Assembly (NCBI GenBank): GCA_964387285.1
Contig: CAYLWO010000009.1
Location: forward strand, 31,756-95,755
Source: an uncultured Cytophagia bacterium
GTDB taxonomy: Bacteria; Zhuqueibacterota; Zhuqueibacteria; Residuimicrobiales; Residuimicrobiaceae
DNA: 64,000 bases
Reading direction: 5' to 3'
This document shows positions 10,807-20,926 of this stretch, piece by piece; the first letter of the stretch is position 1; every line of letters starts with the position of its first letter. A program made the position numbers and the translations under genes. The notes beneath the pieces are model-generated. The model saw only the letters and a list, made by a program, of their open reading frames with translations, was not told the origin of the DNA and did not search any database.

Positions 10807-11601
10807 TTATAAATTGTAGCTAATCCAATCTTCTTCCATGGCGCAAGCCGATTGCCACCATTCGTCATGTTTTCTTGTCAATTCATCCGCAGAAGGAAAA
10901 GGATAATAATAAAAATTATCCTGGTCAGCGACAAAAAAACCGTTCTTGATGGCGCGATACAACAAATCCTGCTGCAAATAACGGATGACTGTTTTAGTTG
11001 GTTTTTCCGGATGCAATTGCACCTCAACCAGACAATCGCGCAGATGGCTGACGTCGGAATAAGGCAGATCTTCCGGATGACCCAGAAACGGGTCCGTGGC
11101 CATGCCGTTGAGTTCCAGCTCGACAAACACAAGTTTGGGTACGGAAATGGGATATCCGGGCTGTGTGACGAAACGACCAAAATCCGGTGCGTTGAAAGAG
11201 GTGGCAATGCGCGGCGTTACCGGACATAACTCCTGATATAAATGCAGCTCTTTGCGATCCTCTTTTGCATAAGGTTGTTGCGCCAGTTCCAACACAGCCC
11301 CTTCCGAAGTGACCAGATAGCAATTCATCAGAGCTGAGAGCGGCAGATGTTCCAACACCCGATAGATGGAGAGATAAACCGTGCGTTTCGGCTGTCCATC
11401 TGCATGAGGTTGACATCGCTCCTGAATATCCGACAAGGGAAAATAATCGCTGGCGAAATTCGGATCCACCTGAAAAAATATGGCCTGTCCCCGCGTCCGT
11501 TTCTTCATACCTGTGGCGAAATAGTTGCCGAATTCAACCGGCGGCAACATGGAGGCGATGAGCGACTCGGGCATTAAAGACAAATAAAGATATTTGGACA
11601 T
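10807..11601 (-). CDS. Hypothetical cytoplasmic protein with an apparent two-fold internal repeat
   Basis: Long ORF; likely start MSKYLYLSL at 11601; no family recognised. Confidence 0.75.
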   Translation of the reverse strand: MSKYLYLSLMPESLIASMLPPVEFGNYFATGMKKRTRGQAIFFQVDPNFASDYFPLSDIQERCQPHADGQPKRTVYLSIYRVLEHLPLSALMNCYLVTSEGAVLELAQQPYAKEDRKELHLYQELCPVTPRIATSFNAPDFGRFVTQPGYPISVPKLVFVELELNGMATDPFLGHPEDLPYSDVSHLRDCLVEVQLHPEKPTKTVIRYLQQDLLYRAIKNGFFVADQDNFYYYPFPSADELTRKHDEWWQSACAMEEDWISYNL

Positions 11602-11962
11602 CAAGTACCTTAATATCGACATGGATGAAAATTAAAAACATAAATTTAAGCAAAATTTGAGTAATTGACAAGTAAAAATCCTACAGTCTGAACAGGAACT
11701 GAACACGCAATACTATATACCAATCCCGGTTCATACCCTCGGCTCTCTGTTATCTGCTTGGCGTCCTCTGCGCACTCGGCGTTAAATGATTTTATTATTG
11801 GTTCCGGTCTATCCGGGTTGAGAAGTGTCATTTAAAACAAATAGACCTGTCATGGCAAACAAAGGCGTTGTCTTTAATAAAGAGCGGGCTGTAGGTTGGA
11901 GTGAAGCAATCCCTTTATACAACAAAAGGAATGTGATTGATAATTCATTCTGATAAAAAATC

Positions 11963-11991
11963 TTGCGTTATACTGCAATTTTAAGTATAGT
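11963..11991 (+). promoter_or_regulatory. Putative sigma70-type promoter for the C10 protease gene
   Basis: TTGCGT-N17-TATAGT about 80 bp upstream of the ATG at 12071. Confidence 0.5.
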
Positions 11992-12070
11992 ATTCTATCG
12001 AAAAATTTAATGGTTATTCAATTATATACATAGAGCCGGGGCCGCTTATCCAGAACCTGGAAAATTGCCT

Positions 12071-15000
12071 ATGAGGCAAAACATACGACTGTTGCCGTTC
12101 CTCGTTATCGCATTGTTTGTTGGCAATTCCTCATCCATTAGCCAACAAACCATCTGGCCCCATCCGGATTCCACAACCACCGGCGGCTGGCTGCAAACGG
12201 TCTGGCATCAGGAACACCCTTTCAATGCCCGCTGCCCCTTTGATACAGTTCGTCAGAAACGCAGCCTGGCCGGCTGTGTGGCCATGGCCATGGCACAGTT
12301 GATCCACTATCATCATGACAGCACCCGCATCAAAAATTTCAGCGACTCTGATAATTACACTTCCGTTCTGAATAATTTTTCCTTTCGCGTCGATCAGGAT
12401 TGTGGTACGTACAACACGCTCAAGTGGGCGCAGCTGAACCAGGCTCTTGCCGGTATACAATATCCCTTGCGTGCGACTTCCGATTCCGGCCTGGTTGATG
12501 AACTGGTCTACAGCGCCGGCATCTCGGTGCAAACCAGTTACAGCGCTAATTATTCTCAGGCTGCGGAAGGCAAAATGCCCGCAGCGCTGCGCTCCTGTTT
12601 CGGCTTTACCACAGCCGAACAAATCATTGGCTCTGATTCCACCATCCTCGCCAATCTGCAATGGTGCCTTAAAAATGCATTGCCGGTGATCGTAACTCTG
12701 ACCCGCTCAGACGATGCACCTCACGTGGTGGTGGTGGACGGTTTCAATGAAATGGGCAAAGGACCGCAGGACGATCTCTATCATGTCAACTATGGCGGCG
12801 CAGCGCCCGGTGAAACCTTCTGGGCCAGTTTCTGGCCGCCCTTGCAGTTCAACAGTCCCATCAATCACGGCTTTAACAAAATCAGAAGCATCATCGTCAG
12901 TTCCGCTGCACCCATGCCGCCGCCCCCTCCTCCTCCTCCTCCGACGCCGCCTAAAGCCAAGTTTGTCGCCAAGCCTCTTAAGGGCTGGCCGTGGCTGTAT
13001 GTTGATTTCATCAACCAGTGCACCGGCACGGTCAGCCAGTGGGATTGGGATTTCGGCGATGGCTCCGTGCACGAAAATTATCCCAATCCCACACATTGTT
13101 ACCGGAAAGCCGGCCAGTACAGTGTGACCCTAATCGCCACCGGACCCAAGGGCTGCGACTCGCTGACCATCACGAACATGATCACCGTTTATGACACTCC
13201 GGTGATCGATACGGGCGTGCAAATCGGATTTGGTGATTCCGGCACTGCTGCCTGGGGCGATATGGATAATGACGGTGATCTGGATTTGTTGGGTGTGAAT
13301 AACGGCGGTCTGGCTATGTATCGTAACGATCAGGGACGATTGACGGCAGTCAATATCGTTTCATCAAATCTGCTGATTAGCTCTGCGCAATGGCTCGATC
13401 CGGACCGGGACAACGACCTGGATCTGATCTTGTTCAGCAGAACCGACAGCGGCGAATATAAAGCAGCATTTTATCGCAACAACAACGGCCGTTTTGCCTT
13501 GACCGATTTTCAGCTGCCCACCATTTTTTACGGCGGCCCGTCGTGGGGCGACTATGATAACGATGGCGACCTGGATATGGCAGCCGTCACTTCCCGTACT
13601 TCCAGCGGCCTGATCCTATGGCAAAACTCACCTGATGGCTTTATAAAAACATTCACCTTGCCAAATAATTACACCACTACCGGCAGATGGTGCGATGTGG
13701 ATCATGATCAGGATTTGGATCTGCTGAACAGCTATAACACACTGTTTCGCAACACGAACGGCCGCTTTTCCACAGAACAGTTGCCCTGGTCTTCGAACTC
13801 GTCCATACATGCCGACGATTACGACCGTGATAAGGATTTGGATTTTTTGATCAGCGGATATGACGCTACCTGCATATATTTAAATACCGGAGATATTACT
13901 AAAGCTGTCCGCAGTGAGGTATCTGACATCAAATCAGGCAATGCCGTGTGGTTGGATTATAACAATGACGGACGTACGGATATATTACTGGCCGGCAGCA
14001 ATGGCGAGTCGTCGCAACATATCACCAGGCTTTATTACGGTCAGGAATCCGGATTCAGCCAGGTGACCAATACACCGCTGGATGAGATATCTTCCCAGTA
14101 TGTGGCAGTAGCTGATTATAATCAAGATCTAAAACCGGATTTGTTAACGCGCGGCGACATTTACAACAGTACAGGAAAACTTTTTCTGAACAACAGCGCT
14201 GCTCCAGCCGTGCTTCCTGACGCACCACAAAATCTGACGGTGGCTGTCACCGGTCATGTTGCCGAGTTTTCCTGGTCTGCGCCTTTGCATAAAGACCTGA
14301 CCTTTAATCTGTCGGTTGGTACGACTCCTGGTTCGTGCGATATCCTCTCCCCTCTTTCAATACGCAGCAGCGGAAAAAGACTGATTCCTGTCAGCGGCAA
14401 TGTGTGGAACAACCGGCAATGGCGTCTGCGGCTGCCGGCCGGCGATTATTACTGGACCGTGCAAGCTGTGGACGTCAATCATAATGGTTCTGCTTTTGCT
14501 CCGGAGCAACACTTTACTATTCCACTGAGCAACGAATCCATAACAGCGACTGATTCTCTGCAGGCTGAAAAAAACGCGGACCATATTATGCTGACCTGGA
14601 ACCACGTTCAGCCGGAAGAGGTGTATCGATACCACCTTTATAAAAATGGAAAAAAAACAGCCACTCTGGACGGCAATATGCCTGCATACCTGGACGCCGA
14701 TGTTGCGCAAGGTCAACACTATCAATACTATCTGATTGCGGAAAACTGGTCCTACTTATCGAGTACGCCTTCGGAAACTGTGGTGGTGGCTTATCAGTTG
14801 CCCTTTAGCCGTATAACCACCGACATCCCTGCGACTAGTGATTTTTTTCAAATAGCTGATGTGGACAACGACGGTGACATGGATATTTTAGAACGCTACG
14901 AAAAATATACAACCGGACATTCCATTTTTTTAAACACGGCCGGCAGTTACACAGAAAAGAAACTTTATCTAAATGGCTCCTGGTCAAGAAATGCCTCCAC

Positions 15001-16528
15001 CCTGCTGTACGATTTCGATAATGACAATGATCTTGATTTAATATATTCCTTTTCATTATCCAGGCATTTCTCTTTTCAATTTTTACGTAATGACATCAGC
15101 AAATTTTCAGAGATCACTTTTACCGGCCCCGGACAGACTGCGTTTCACGGCAGCTCTTATTTATTTCACCTCGATATTGATAATGATGGTCGTCAGGATA
15201 TTCTGGACAATGGTTTGGAGGAGCTGACCGAGTCAAGCGGCATGGTCTGTGCAGGAAAGTCCGTAAAAAACACCGGCAACGGCTGGCAACTGACAACTGG
15301 CGGCGCGTTGTCGGATTATCTCGGAGAGTATTCTTTCTGCGACTATGATTTGGACGGAGACCAGGATATTCTGTTTCGAGGCTACACCGGACCTTATGAC
15401 TATGATGATCCAAACAGAGCCATCCTGCTTCGTCTGTTCAACAATCACCGCGGTTGTTTTTCGCTGGTGGATTCATCGGTCCTGGCATGGACCACCGACT
15501 CCATCAAGGGCGTCCCGGCCTGGCAAGACTGGGATCATGACGGCGACTGCGATATTACCATCCGGCACGACCATGTTCTGACAGTCTATTACAATGACAA
15601 CGGCCGTTTCACCGGATCATCGGTTACCAGCCAGGAAAGCATCCCGATTCTCTCCTGCGATATCAACAATGACGGACGGCAGGATGTACTTCGCTACGAA
15701 ACGGTCAAATATAACATCTATCTGCAAACCGATTACGGCTGGCAGCCCTATTACTCTTTCCCATTCGAATTGGGCGGCAATCCGCGCTTGTTCGATTATG
15801 ACGTGGATGGGGATCTGGACATTCTGTTAGCCAATAACAGCGGCGGCTATGCCATTTTGCTGCGCAACGACACGGAAAATCGCATAGCGCCGCCGCCGGC
15901 GCCGGTCAATCTGGTCGCAATGGCGGGTCAAGACAGCGTGATCATGACATGGGAAGAATCAACAGCAGCGCGACATCCCGCTGATTTCTCGTATAATCTC
16001 CGCGTTGGCAGCACGCCGGGCGGGTGCGATATTGTCTCTCCCCTGGCGGACGTCAAAACCGGTCAGCGCCGCATACTCAGCCAGGGCAATATACTTTCTG
16101 GTAAAATCTGGAAACTGTACGGACTGGCTGCCGGTACCTATTATTGGAGCGTACAAACGATTGATCCAGGTCATCTCGGTGGTCCTTTTGCTGCTGAGCA
16201 GAGTTTTACAATTGGACCGACATCCCAAGTTGCTCATCAGGAGCAGTCGATTCAATTCGCCTTGCACCAGAATCATCCCAATCCCTTTAACAGTCAAACG
16301 GAAATCCGTTTCGATCTGCCGTCGCCGGCTCGAGTACGATTGGCGATTTACAACCTTTCCGGGCAGGTGGTGGCGTTGCTGGTAGAACAAAAAATGGCGG
16401 CAGGTGAGCATGTATGCAACTGGAACGGGGAGACATCTGAAAACAAGCTGGTTGCCAGCGGCGTGTATCTTTATCGACTGCAAGCCGGTGATTTTACCAG
16501 AACGCGAAAACTGGCTGTGATTCATTAA
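12071..16528 (+). CDS. Secreted C10 (streptopain-family) cysteine protease with poly-Pro linker, PKD, two FG-GAP/VCBS blocks, FN3-like domains and FlgD-type tail
   Basis: WHQEHPFN, GCVAMAMAQ (catalytic Cys codon at 12275), PHVVVVDG (His codon at 12722); WDWDFGDG PKD motif; many DxDNDGDxD repeats; QNHPNPFN tail. Confidence 0.85.
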   Translation: MRQNIRLLPFLVIALFVGNSSSISQQTIWPHPDSTTTGGWLQTVWHQEHPFNARCPFDTVRQKRSLAGCVAMAMAQLIHYHHDSTRIKNFSDSDNYTSVLNNFSFRVDQDCGTYNTLKWAQLNQALAGIQYPLRATSDSGLVDELVYSAGISVQTSYSANYSQAAEGKMPAALRSCFGFTTAEQIIGSDSTILANLQWCLKNALPVIVTLTRSDDAPHVVVVDGFNEMGKGPQDDLYHVNYGGAAPGETFWASFWPPLQFNSPINHGFNKIRSIIVSSAAPMPPPPPPPPPTPPKAKFVAKPLKGWPWLYVDFINQCTGTVSQWDWDFGDGSVHENYPNPTHCYRKAGQYSVTLIATGPKGCDSLTITNMITVYDTPVIDTGVQIGFGDSGTAAWGDMDNDGDLDLLGVNNGGLAMYRNDQGRLTAVNIVSSNLLISSAQWLDPDRDNDLDLILFSRTDSGEYKAAFYRNNNGRFALTDFQLPTIFYGGPSWGDYDNDGDLDMAAVTSRTSSGLILWQNSPDGFIKTFTLPNNYTTTGRWCDVDHDQDLDLLNSYNTLFRNTNGRFSTEQLPWSSNSSIHADDYDRDKDLDFLISGYDATCIYLNTGDITKAVRSEVSDIKSGNAVWLDYNNDGRTDILLAGSNGESSQHITRLYYGQESGFSQVTNTPLDEISSQYVAVADYNQDLKPDLLTRGDIYNSTGKLFLNNSAAPAVLPDAPQNLTVAVTGHVAEFSWSAPLHKDLTFNLSVGTTPGSCDILSPLSIRSSGKRLIPVSGNVWNNRQWRLRLPAGDYYWTVQAVDVNHNGSAFAPEQHFTIPLSNESITATDSLQAEKNADHIMLTWNHVQPEEVYRYHLYKNGKKTATLDGNMPAYLDADVAQGQHYQYYLIAENWSYLSSTPSETVVVAYQLPFSRITTDIPATSDFFQIADVDNDGDMDILERYEKYTTGHSIFLNTAGSYTEKKLYLNGSWSRNASTLLYDFDNDNDLDLIYSFSLSRHFSFQFLRNDISKFSEITFTGPGQTAFHGSSYLFHLDIDNDGRQDILDNGLEELTESSGMVCAGKSVKNTGNGWQLTTGGALSDYLGEYSFCDYDLDGDQDILFRGYTGPYDYDDPNRAILLRLFNNHRGCFSLVDSSVLAWTTDSIKGVPAWQDWDHDGDCDITIRHDHVLTVYYNDNGRFTGSSVTSQESIPILSCDINNDGRQDVLRYETVKYNIYLQTDYGWQPYYSFPFELGGNPRLFDYDVDGDLDILLANNSGGYAILLRNDTENRIAPPPAPVNLVAMAGQDSVIMTWEESTAARHPADFSYNLRVGSTPGGCDIVSPLADVKTGQRRILSQGNILSGKIWKLYGLAAGTYYWSVQTIDPGHLGGPFAAEQSFTIGPTSQVAHQEQSIQFALHQNHPNPFNSQTEIRFDLPSPARVRLAIYNLSGQVVALLVEQKMAAGEHVCNWNGETSENKLVASGVYLYRLQAGDFTRTRKLAVIH

Positions 16529-16612
16529 AAACAATCTCCGATTATAATCCCGTTGGAAAAATCTCTGGCGCGCTTATAGATCAACCCCAATTTGATAGGC
16601 TAGCAAATTCTC

Positions 16613-17362
16613 ATGGGAACTAGGCTTATGAAAAAGAAATTACAGGAAATTAAAAAATTCCACGATCCCGGCGCCACTGTGCTGTTGTCGCTTTTGCTGG
16701 CTGCGGACCTTGGATTTATCCTGCTTCATTGCGTAGAAGCGCTGGCACCTTTTTGGAGCAACCGCATGTTCTCCATAGAAAAGGACGGCACCTTTCCCGA
16801 GATCTATCAATACATCAAATTTTTCTGGATCATTCTTCTTCTGTTCTATCAGGCCGGAAAATCCAGAGCGTGGGGTTTTCTCGCGTGGGGTACGGCGTTT
16901 GCTTATTTCCTTTGTGACGATTCGCTGCGCATCCATGAAAACGTCGGCGTGTATGTTGCGCAACATGCCCAATTTATCCCGCCGTTGCATCTGCGAATGA
17001 TGGATGTAGGCGAACTGGCTATTTCTTTCGTTGCGGGTTTTCTGCTTTTTTGCATTATCGGCTGGGCCTGGCAGTGGGGATCCGAACATTTTAAGAAAAT
17101 CAGCCGGGATATTTTGTTGTTGATTTTTATTCTGGTTTTTTTCGGCGTGGGCGTTGATATGTTGCATATCATTCTCCGGCCAAGCCGGCCGCTGGGACTC
17201 GTTTTAGGCGTAATCGAGGACGGCGGCGAGATGATTACAATCAGTGTGACGTTATGGTATATTTTCCTGATGAATATACGGAAACAGGCGACAGTTTTAT
17301 ATTTATGCGATATTATATTTTCCAACCTGGAAAAACCGGAGCAAAATGTCCGACACCTATAG
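16613..17362 (+). CDS. Hypothetical polytopic membrane protein
   Basis: About 7 hydrophobic segments with polar motifs DGTFPE, DDSLRIHE, VDMLH, EDGGEM. Confidence 0.7.
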   Translation: MGTRLMKKKLQEIKKFHDPGATVLLSLLLAADLGFILLHCVEALAPFWSNRMFSIEKDGTFPEIYQYIKFFWIILLLFYQAGKSRAWGFLAWGTAFAYFLCDDSLRIHENVGVYVAQHAQFIPPLHLRMMDVGELAISFVAGFLLFCIIGWAWQWGSEHFKKISRDILLLIFILVFFGVGVDMLHIILRPSRPLGLVLGVIEDGGEMITISVTLWYIFLMNIRKQATVLYLCDIIFSNLEKPEQNVRHL

Positions 17363-17544
17363 AGACTGTTGAAAAAATTTTAACTGTCAAAAAGCAAATA
17401 CTCCGCCAACGCATCGCTTTGCTCCCCATAAAATGAGGATATTTTTTTAAACAGGCATCAATTCTGGAAAATGCGTCTGGTCGCGCAGCGACCATTGATG
17501 GTAGCCGGGCGTTTTAACGCCCGGATGGTATAAGGCAGACGACA

Positions 17545-17795
17545 ACGTCGCGTAGCGACGTGTGGGAGTTTTCAAACGTCGCAACGCAACGTGAAAAGTT
17601 GAAATCCACGGCTACCGTCATCAGGTCGCTACGCGACCGGACAGGCTCTTTATGGTCGCAATGAAGGTGCCGCCGGTGCGTAATAATAAAACACCCGGGA
17701 TTACAAAAACCGTGACCCCGGGTGTTTCTTAACTCATTGATGATGCGCCGAGAGACACCCGGAGTGGCCGCAAAAAACGCGGCCACATCCGGGGT
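17545..17795. repeat. Cluster of REP-like palindromes in the convergent gap after nuoN
   Basis: ACGTCGC-gta-GCGACGT (17545-17561), degenerate copy near 17576-17592, CCACGGCTA (17606-17614), GGTCGC-tac-GCGACC (17624-17638), ACACCCGGG...CCCGGGTGT (17691-17725), GTGGCCGC...GCGGCCAC hairpin (17755-17795). Confidence 0.75.
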
Positions 17796-17872
17796 CTGGG
17801 GTTTTGCGACAACCACCTGAGGCGTCGGACATTTTTTGCCGGTAATAAAAAAATGATTATTGAAAAAAGATT

Positions 17873-19339
17873 CTACTTCAACGCCGCAGCTGCCAGGTTG
17901 GCCCAGGCCTGCAAGGGCGACCAATACAAACCCAAAATAAAAATCGGCACAGCCAGAAGGATCAGAATCGGCGCCAATGGCCTGGTCCCGGCAAGAGGCG
18001 CCCCTTCCGCTTTTTTCATATACATTTCCATAATGATGCGACTGTAATAAAACAGCGCCACCACACTGTTAAGAATCCCAACCACGGCCAGAACCACATA
18101 CCAATATCCGCCGTTATGGAGCAACGCGGCAAAAAGATAGAACTTGCCGATGAATCCGGCCAGCGGCGGAATGCCGGCCAAAGAAAACAGATACACGCTG
18201 AGCAACACCGCCAGCAACGGCGAGGTTACGCCCAGTCCTTTGTAGGAAGCGATCTCTTCGCTGTTCAGTCTATCAGCAACAATTTGCACCGCAGCAAAAG
18301 CGCCGAGATTCATAAACAGATAAATCCCCAAATATAAAATCACCGCGGCAGATCCAAGCTGATCCAACAACGCCACACCCATTAGCAAATAACCGGCATG
18401 AGCAATGGACGAATAGGCCAACAACCGCTTGACGTTGGTCTGATGGATGGCTGTCAGGTTGCCCAGCGTCATGGTGATCGCCGAGATGAGTCCGATCATG
18501 GCCAGAATAGATTCCCGTAGTTCAGCTCCGGATTGCGGCAAAATCGCCAGGAGAAAACGCAACAGCAATGCAAACCCGGCAGCTTTGGGCGCCACGCTTA
18601 AAAAACCGGTAAACGGCGTGGGTGCACCCTGATACACATCCGGACTCCACATATGAAATGGCACGGCAGCGATTTTAAAACAGAGACCGCTTAGAATCAT
18701 GACAAAGGCAATCAGAGCAGCCAGCAAACCGGATTTACCGGCAGTCAACACGTCACCGTTATCGGTCAATGCCTGACCGATCGCGGTGAATCCGGTGGAA
18801 CCGGTTAGGCCGTATAACAGAGAGATGCCGAACACCATAATGCCGGAAGCTACGCCACCAAAGATCACATATTTCAAGGCCGCTTCATGAGATAGCGGAT
18901 GGTTGCGTTTAAATCCGGTCAATACATAAGAGGAGTAACTCACCATTTCTACGGCCAAATACGCAAAGAGCAAATCACGCGTGGCCGCCATTACCGAAAT
19001 ACCGATGCAAATCGTCATCAACAAGGCGGTAAATTCCGGAAATCGCTCCCGCGCCAGTTCATCGCTCGCTGAGGCCAATATCAACACCAAAGCACAGACC
19101 ACAATAGCGAGCAATAAAAAGAATCTGCTGAATCCATCGGTCTGCACCATGTCAGCCATAGCACCGTTATCATTACCGAACAATGCAAGAACCGCGGCAG
19201 TCAGTAGAAAAAATAGACCGATAAACAAACTGCGTTTGACGCGATCGCCGGATTTTGCAACATTCAGCAAAAGCACCGCAAGCACGCCAATCACCAAAAC
19301 CATCTGCGGATACAAAAGCGGGAGTTGGTTCAAAGCCAT
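17873..19339 (-). CDS. nuoN: NADH-quinone oxidoreductase subunit N
   Basis: EAALKYVIFGGVASG, FKIAAVPFHMWSPDVYQGAPTP, KRLLAYSSIAHAGY; position in operon. Confidence 0.95.
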   Translation of the reverse strand: MALNQLPLLYPQMVLVIGVLAVLLLNVAKSGDRVKRSLFIGLFFLLTAAVLALFGNDNGAMADMVQTDGFSRFFLLLAIVVCALVLILASASDELARERFPEFTALLMTICIGISVMAATRDLLFAYLAVEMVSYSSYVLTGFKRNHPLSHEAALKYVIFGGVASGIMVFGISLLYGLTGSTGFTAIGQALTDNGDVLTAGKSGLLAALIAFVMILSGLCFKIAAVPFHMWSPDVYQGAPTPFTGFLSVAPKAAGFALLLRFLLAILPQSGAELRESILAMIGLISAITMTLGNLTAIHQTNVKRLLAYSSIAHAGYLLMGVALLDQLGSAAVILYLGIYLFMNLGAFAAVQIVADRLNSEEIASYKGLGVTSPLLAVLLSVYLFSLAGIPPLAGFIGKFYLFAALLHNGGYWYVVLAVVGILNSVVALFYYSRIIMEMYMKKAEGAPLAGTRPLAPILILLAVPIFILGLYWSPLQAWANLAAAALK

Positions 19340-19358
19340 GAGTGTTTTCTCCCTTTTC

Positions 19359-20873
19359 CTAAAAATCCGAAAGAATGGATAACAAGGTCTTGTTGATCAA
19401 ATTCAAAGCCGGCATGGGATAGATGCCGAGAAATACAATGGCCGCTGCCAAGGGATACAGCGTAAAGCGCTCGCGCCAGGTCAAATCCGCGAGGCTGTTG
19501 TATTTTTCATTCAAGGGCCCGAGAAACATGCGCTGTAAAGCCCACAAATAATAGGCCGCGGTAATGATTACAGCCAGCACCGAAATCATGGTCAACACGC
19601 GAAAGGTCGGGAAAGCGCCGGTGAAGACCAGAAATTCGCTGATAAAACCGCATAACGCGGGCAATCCGAGAGACGCCATAAAGGCCAGACCGGTGAGTGC
19701 GGTATATTCGGGCAACTGATAAGCCAGGCCGCCGAATCCTTCAATATTGCGGTGATGAGCGCGATCATAAATAACGCCGGCTATAAGAAAGAGCATGGGG
19801 CTGATAAGTCCATGGGTCCACATCTGGAACACGCTGCCCACCATGCCCAGACTGGTAAAGGCGGCCATGCCCAGCAAGACAAATCCCATATGACTGACGG
19901 ATGAATAGGCAATCATTTTTTTCAAATCTTTTTGCGCCAAACAGACAAAGGCGCCGTAGACAATGCTGATGGCGCCCAGCAAACCCATGGCCGGCGCAGC
20001 CCATTTGGTTGCTTCCGGCAAGATGCCGAAATTAAAGCGCAGAATGCCGTACCCGCCCATCTTGAGCAAAATACCGGCCAGGATGACGGAAATCGGCGTG
20101 GGCGCTTCCACATGCGCGTCTGGCAACCAGGTGTGGAACGGCACCATGGGGATCTTGATGGCAAAGCCGATGAATAGAGCGATAAAAATGAGTTTGCTGA
20201 ATTCAAATCCCAATAAAGGTGCAGCATGGGAAAAATCGTTTTCCGCGATGAGCTTGAGTATATTAAAAGTGTGATTGGCCGGCGTGCCGTCCACCAGAGT
20301 TGCGGGATTGGAATTGTAATACAAGGCAATGATGGCCAGCAGCATCAATAACGAGCCGAACAGGGTGTAGAGAAAAAACTTGATGGCAGCATACTCTTTG
20401 CGCGGCCCGCCCCAGACGCCGATCAAAAAATACATGGGCAACAACATGACTTCCCAGAAAACATAGAACAAGAACATATCCAGACTGCAAAAAGTGCCGA
20501 GCATGCCGGTTTCCAAAAGCAAGAACAGGGCAAAATAGCCACGTTGATATTTTTCAATACCCCAGGACGCAACCGCGGCGATAAACGAAATGAGCACCGT
20601 TAAAAACACCAACAGAATCGACAAGCCGTCCACACCGACAAAATACTCGATGTTGAAGGACGGGATCCACACCAAATGATGCTGAAATTGCATCCCGGTG
20701 TTGTTGGGATCGAATTGCATCAGCAACTGCACACCCAACAATAACGGCAACGCCGTGACCACCGTAACAACCCATCGTACCAGTTGTTTTTTTTCTTTAG
20801 GCAACAAGAGCACGAGCGGGATGCCGATCAGCGGCAAGAAAATCATCCAGGATAACAGCGTGGATTGGTTCAT
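19359..20873 (-). CDS. nuoM: NADH-quinone oxidoreductase subunit M
   Basis: FWEVMLLPMYFLIGVWG, KIPMVPFHTWLPDAHVEAP, LKMGGYG. Confidence 0.96.
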   Translation of the reverse strand: MNQSTLLSWMIFLPLIGIPLVLLLPKEKKQLVRWVVTVVTALPLLLGVQLLMQFDPNNTGMQFQHHLVWIPSFNIEYFVGVDGLSILLVFLTVLISFIAAVASWGIEKYQRGYFALFLLLETGMLGTFCSLDMFLFYVFWEVMLLPMYFLIGVWGGPRKEYAAIKFFLYTLFGSLLMLLAIIALYYNSNPATLVDGTPANHTFNILKLIAENDFSHAAPLLGFEFSKLIFIALFIGFAIKIPMVPFHTWLPDAHVEAPTPISVILAGILLKMGGYGILRFNFGILPEATKWAAPAMGLLGAISIVYGAFVCLAQKDLKKMIAYSSVSHMGFVLLGMAAFTSLGMVGSVFQMWTHGLISPMLFLIAGVIYDRAHHRNIEGFGGLAYQLPEYTALTGLAFMASLGLPALCGFISEFLVFTGAFPTFRVLTMISVLAVIITAAYYLWALQRMFLGPLNEKYNSLADLTWRERFTLYPLAAAIVFLGIYPMPALNLINKTLLSILSDF

Positions 20874-20926
20874 AGAAAAGACTCCGTTAACGAATGCTGT
20901 TTGTAATAGTTTTTATTTGCTCAACG

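Noticed and set aside
11646-11831. 61-aa ORF (MTLLNPDRPEP...NAECAEDAK) and a possible GxxExxY gene remnant
   Set aside because: It reads through repeat-like DNA (CCGG-tctat-CCGG; CTCTGCG..GCGTTAAAT, also seen near 56388); similarity to GxxExxY proteins is too weak to support
17514-17924. 136-aa minus-strand ORF after nuoN
   Set aside because: It overlaps the nuoN end and is made of palindromic repeats; no protein motif
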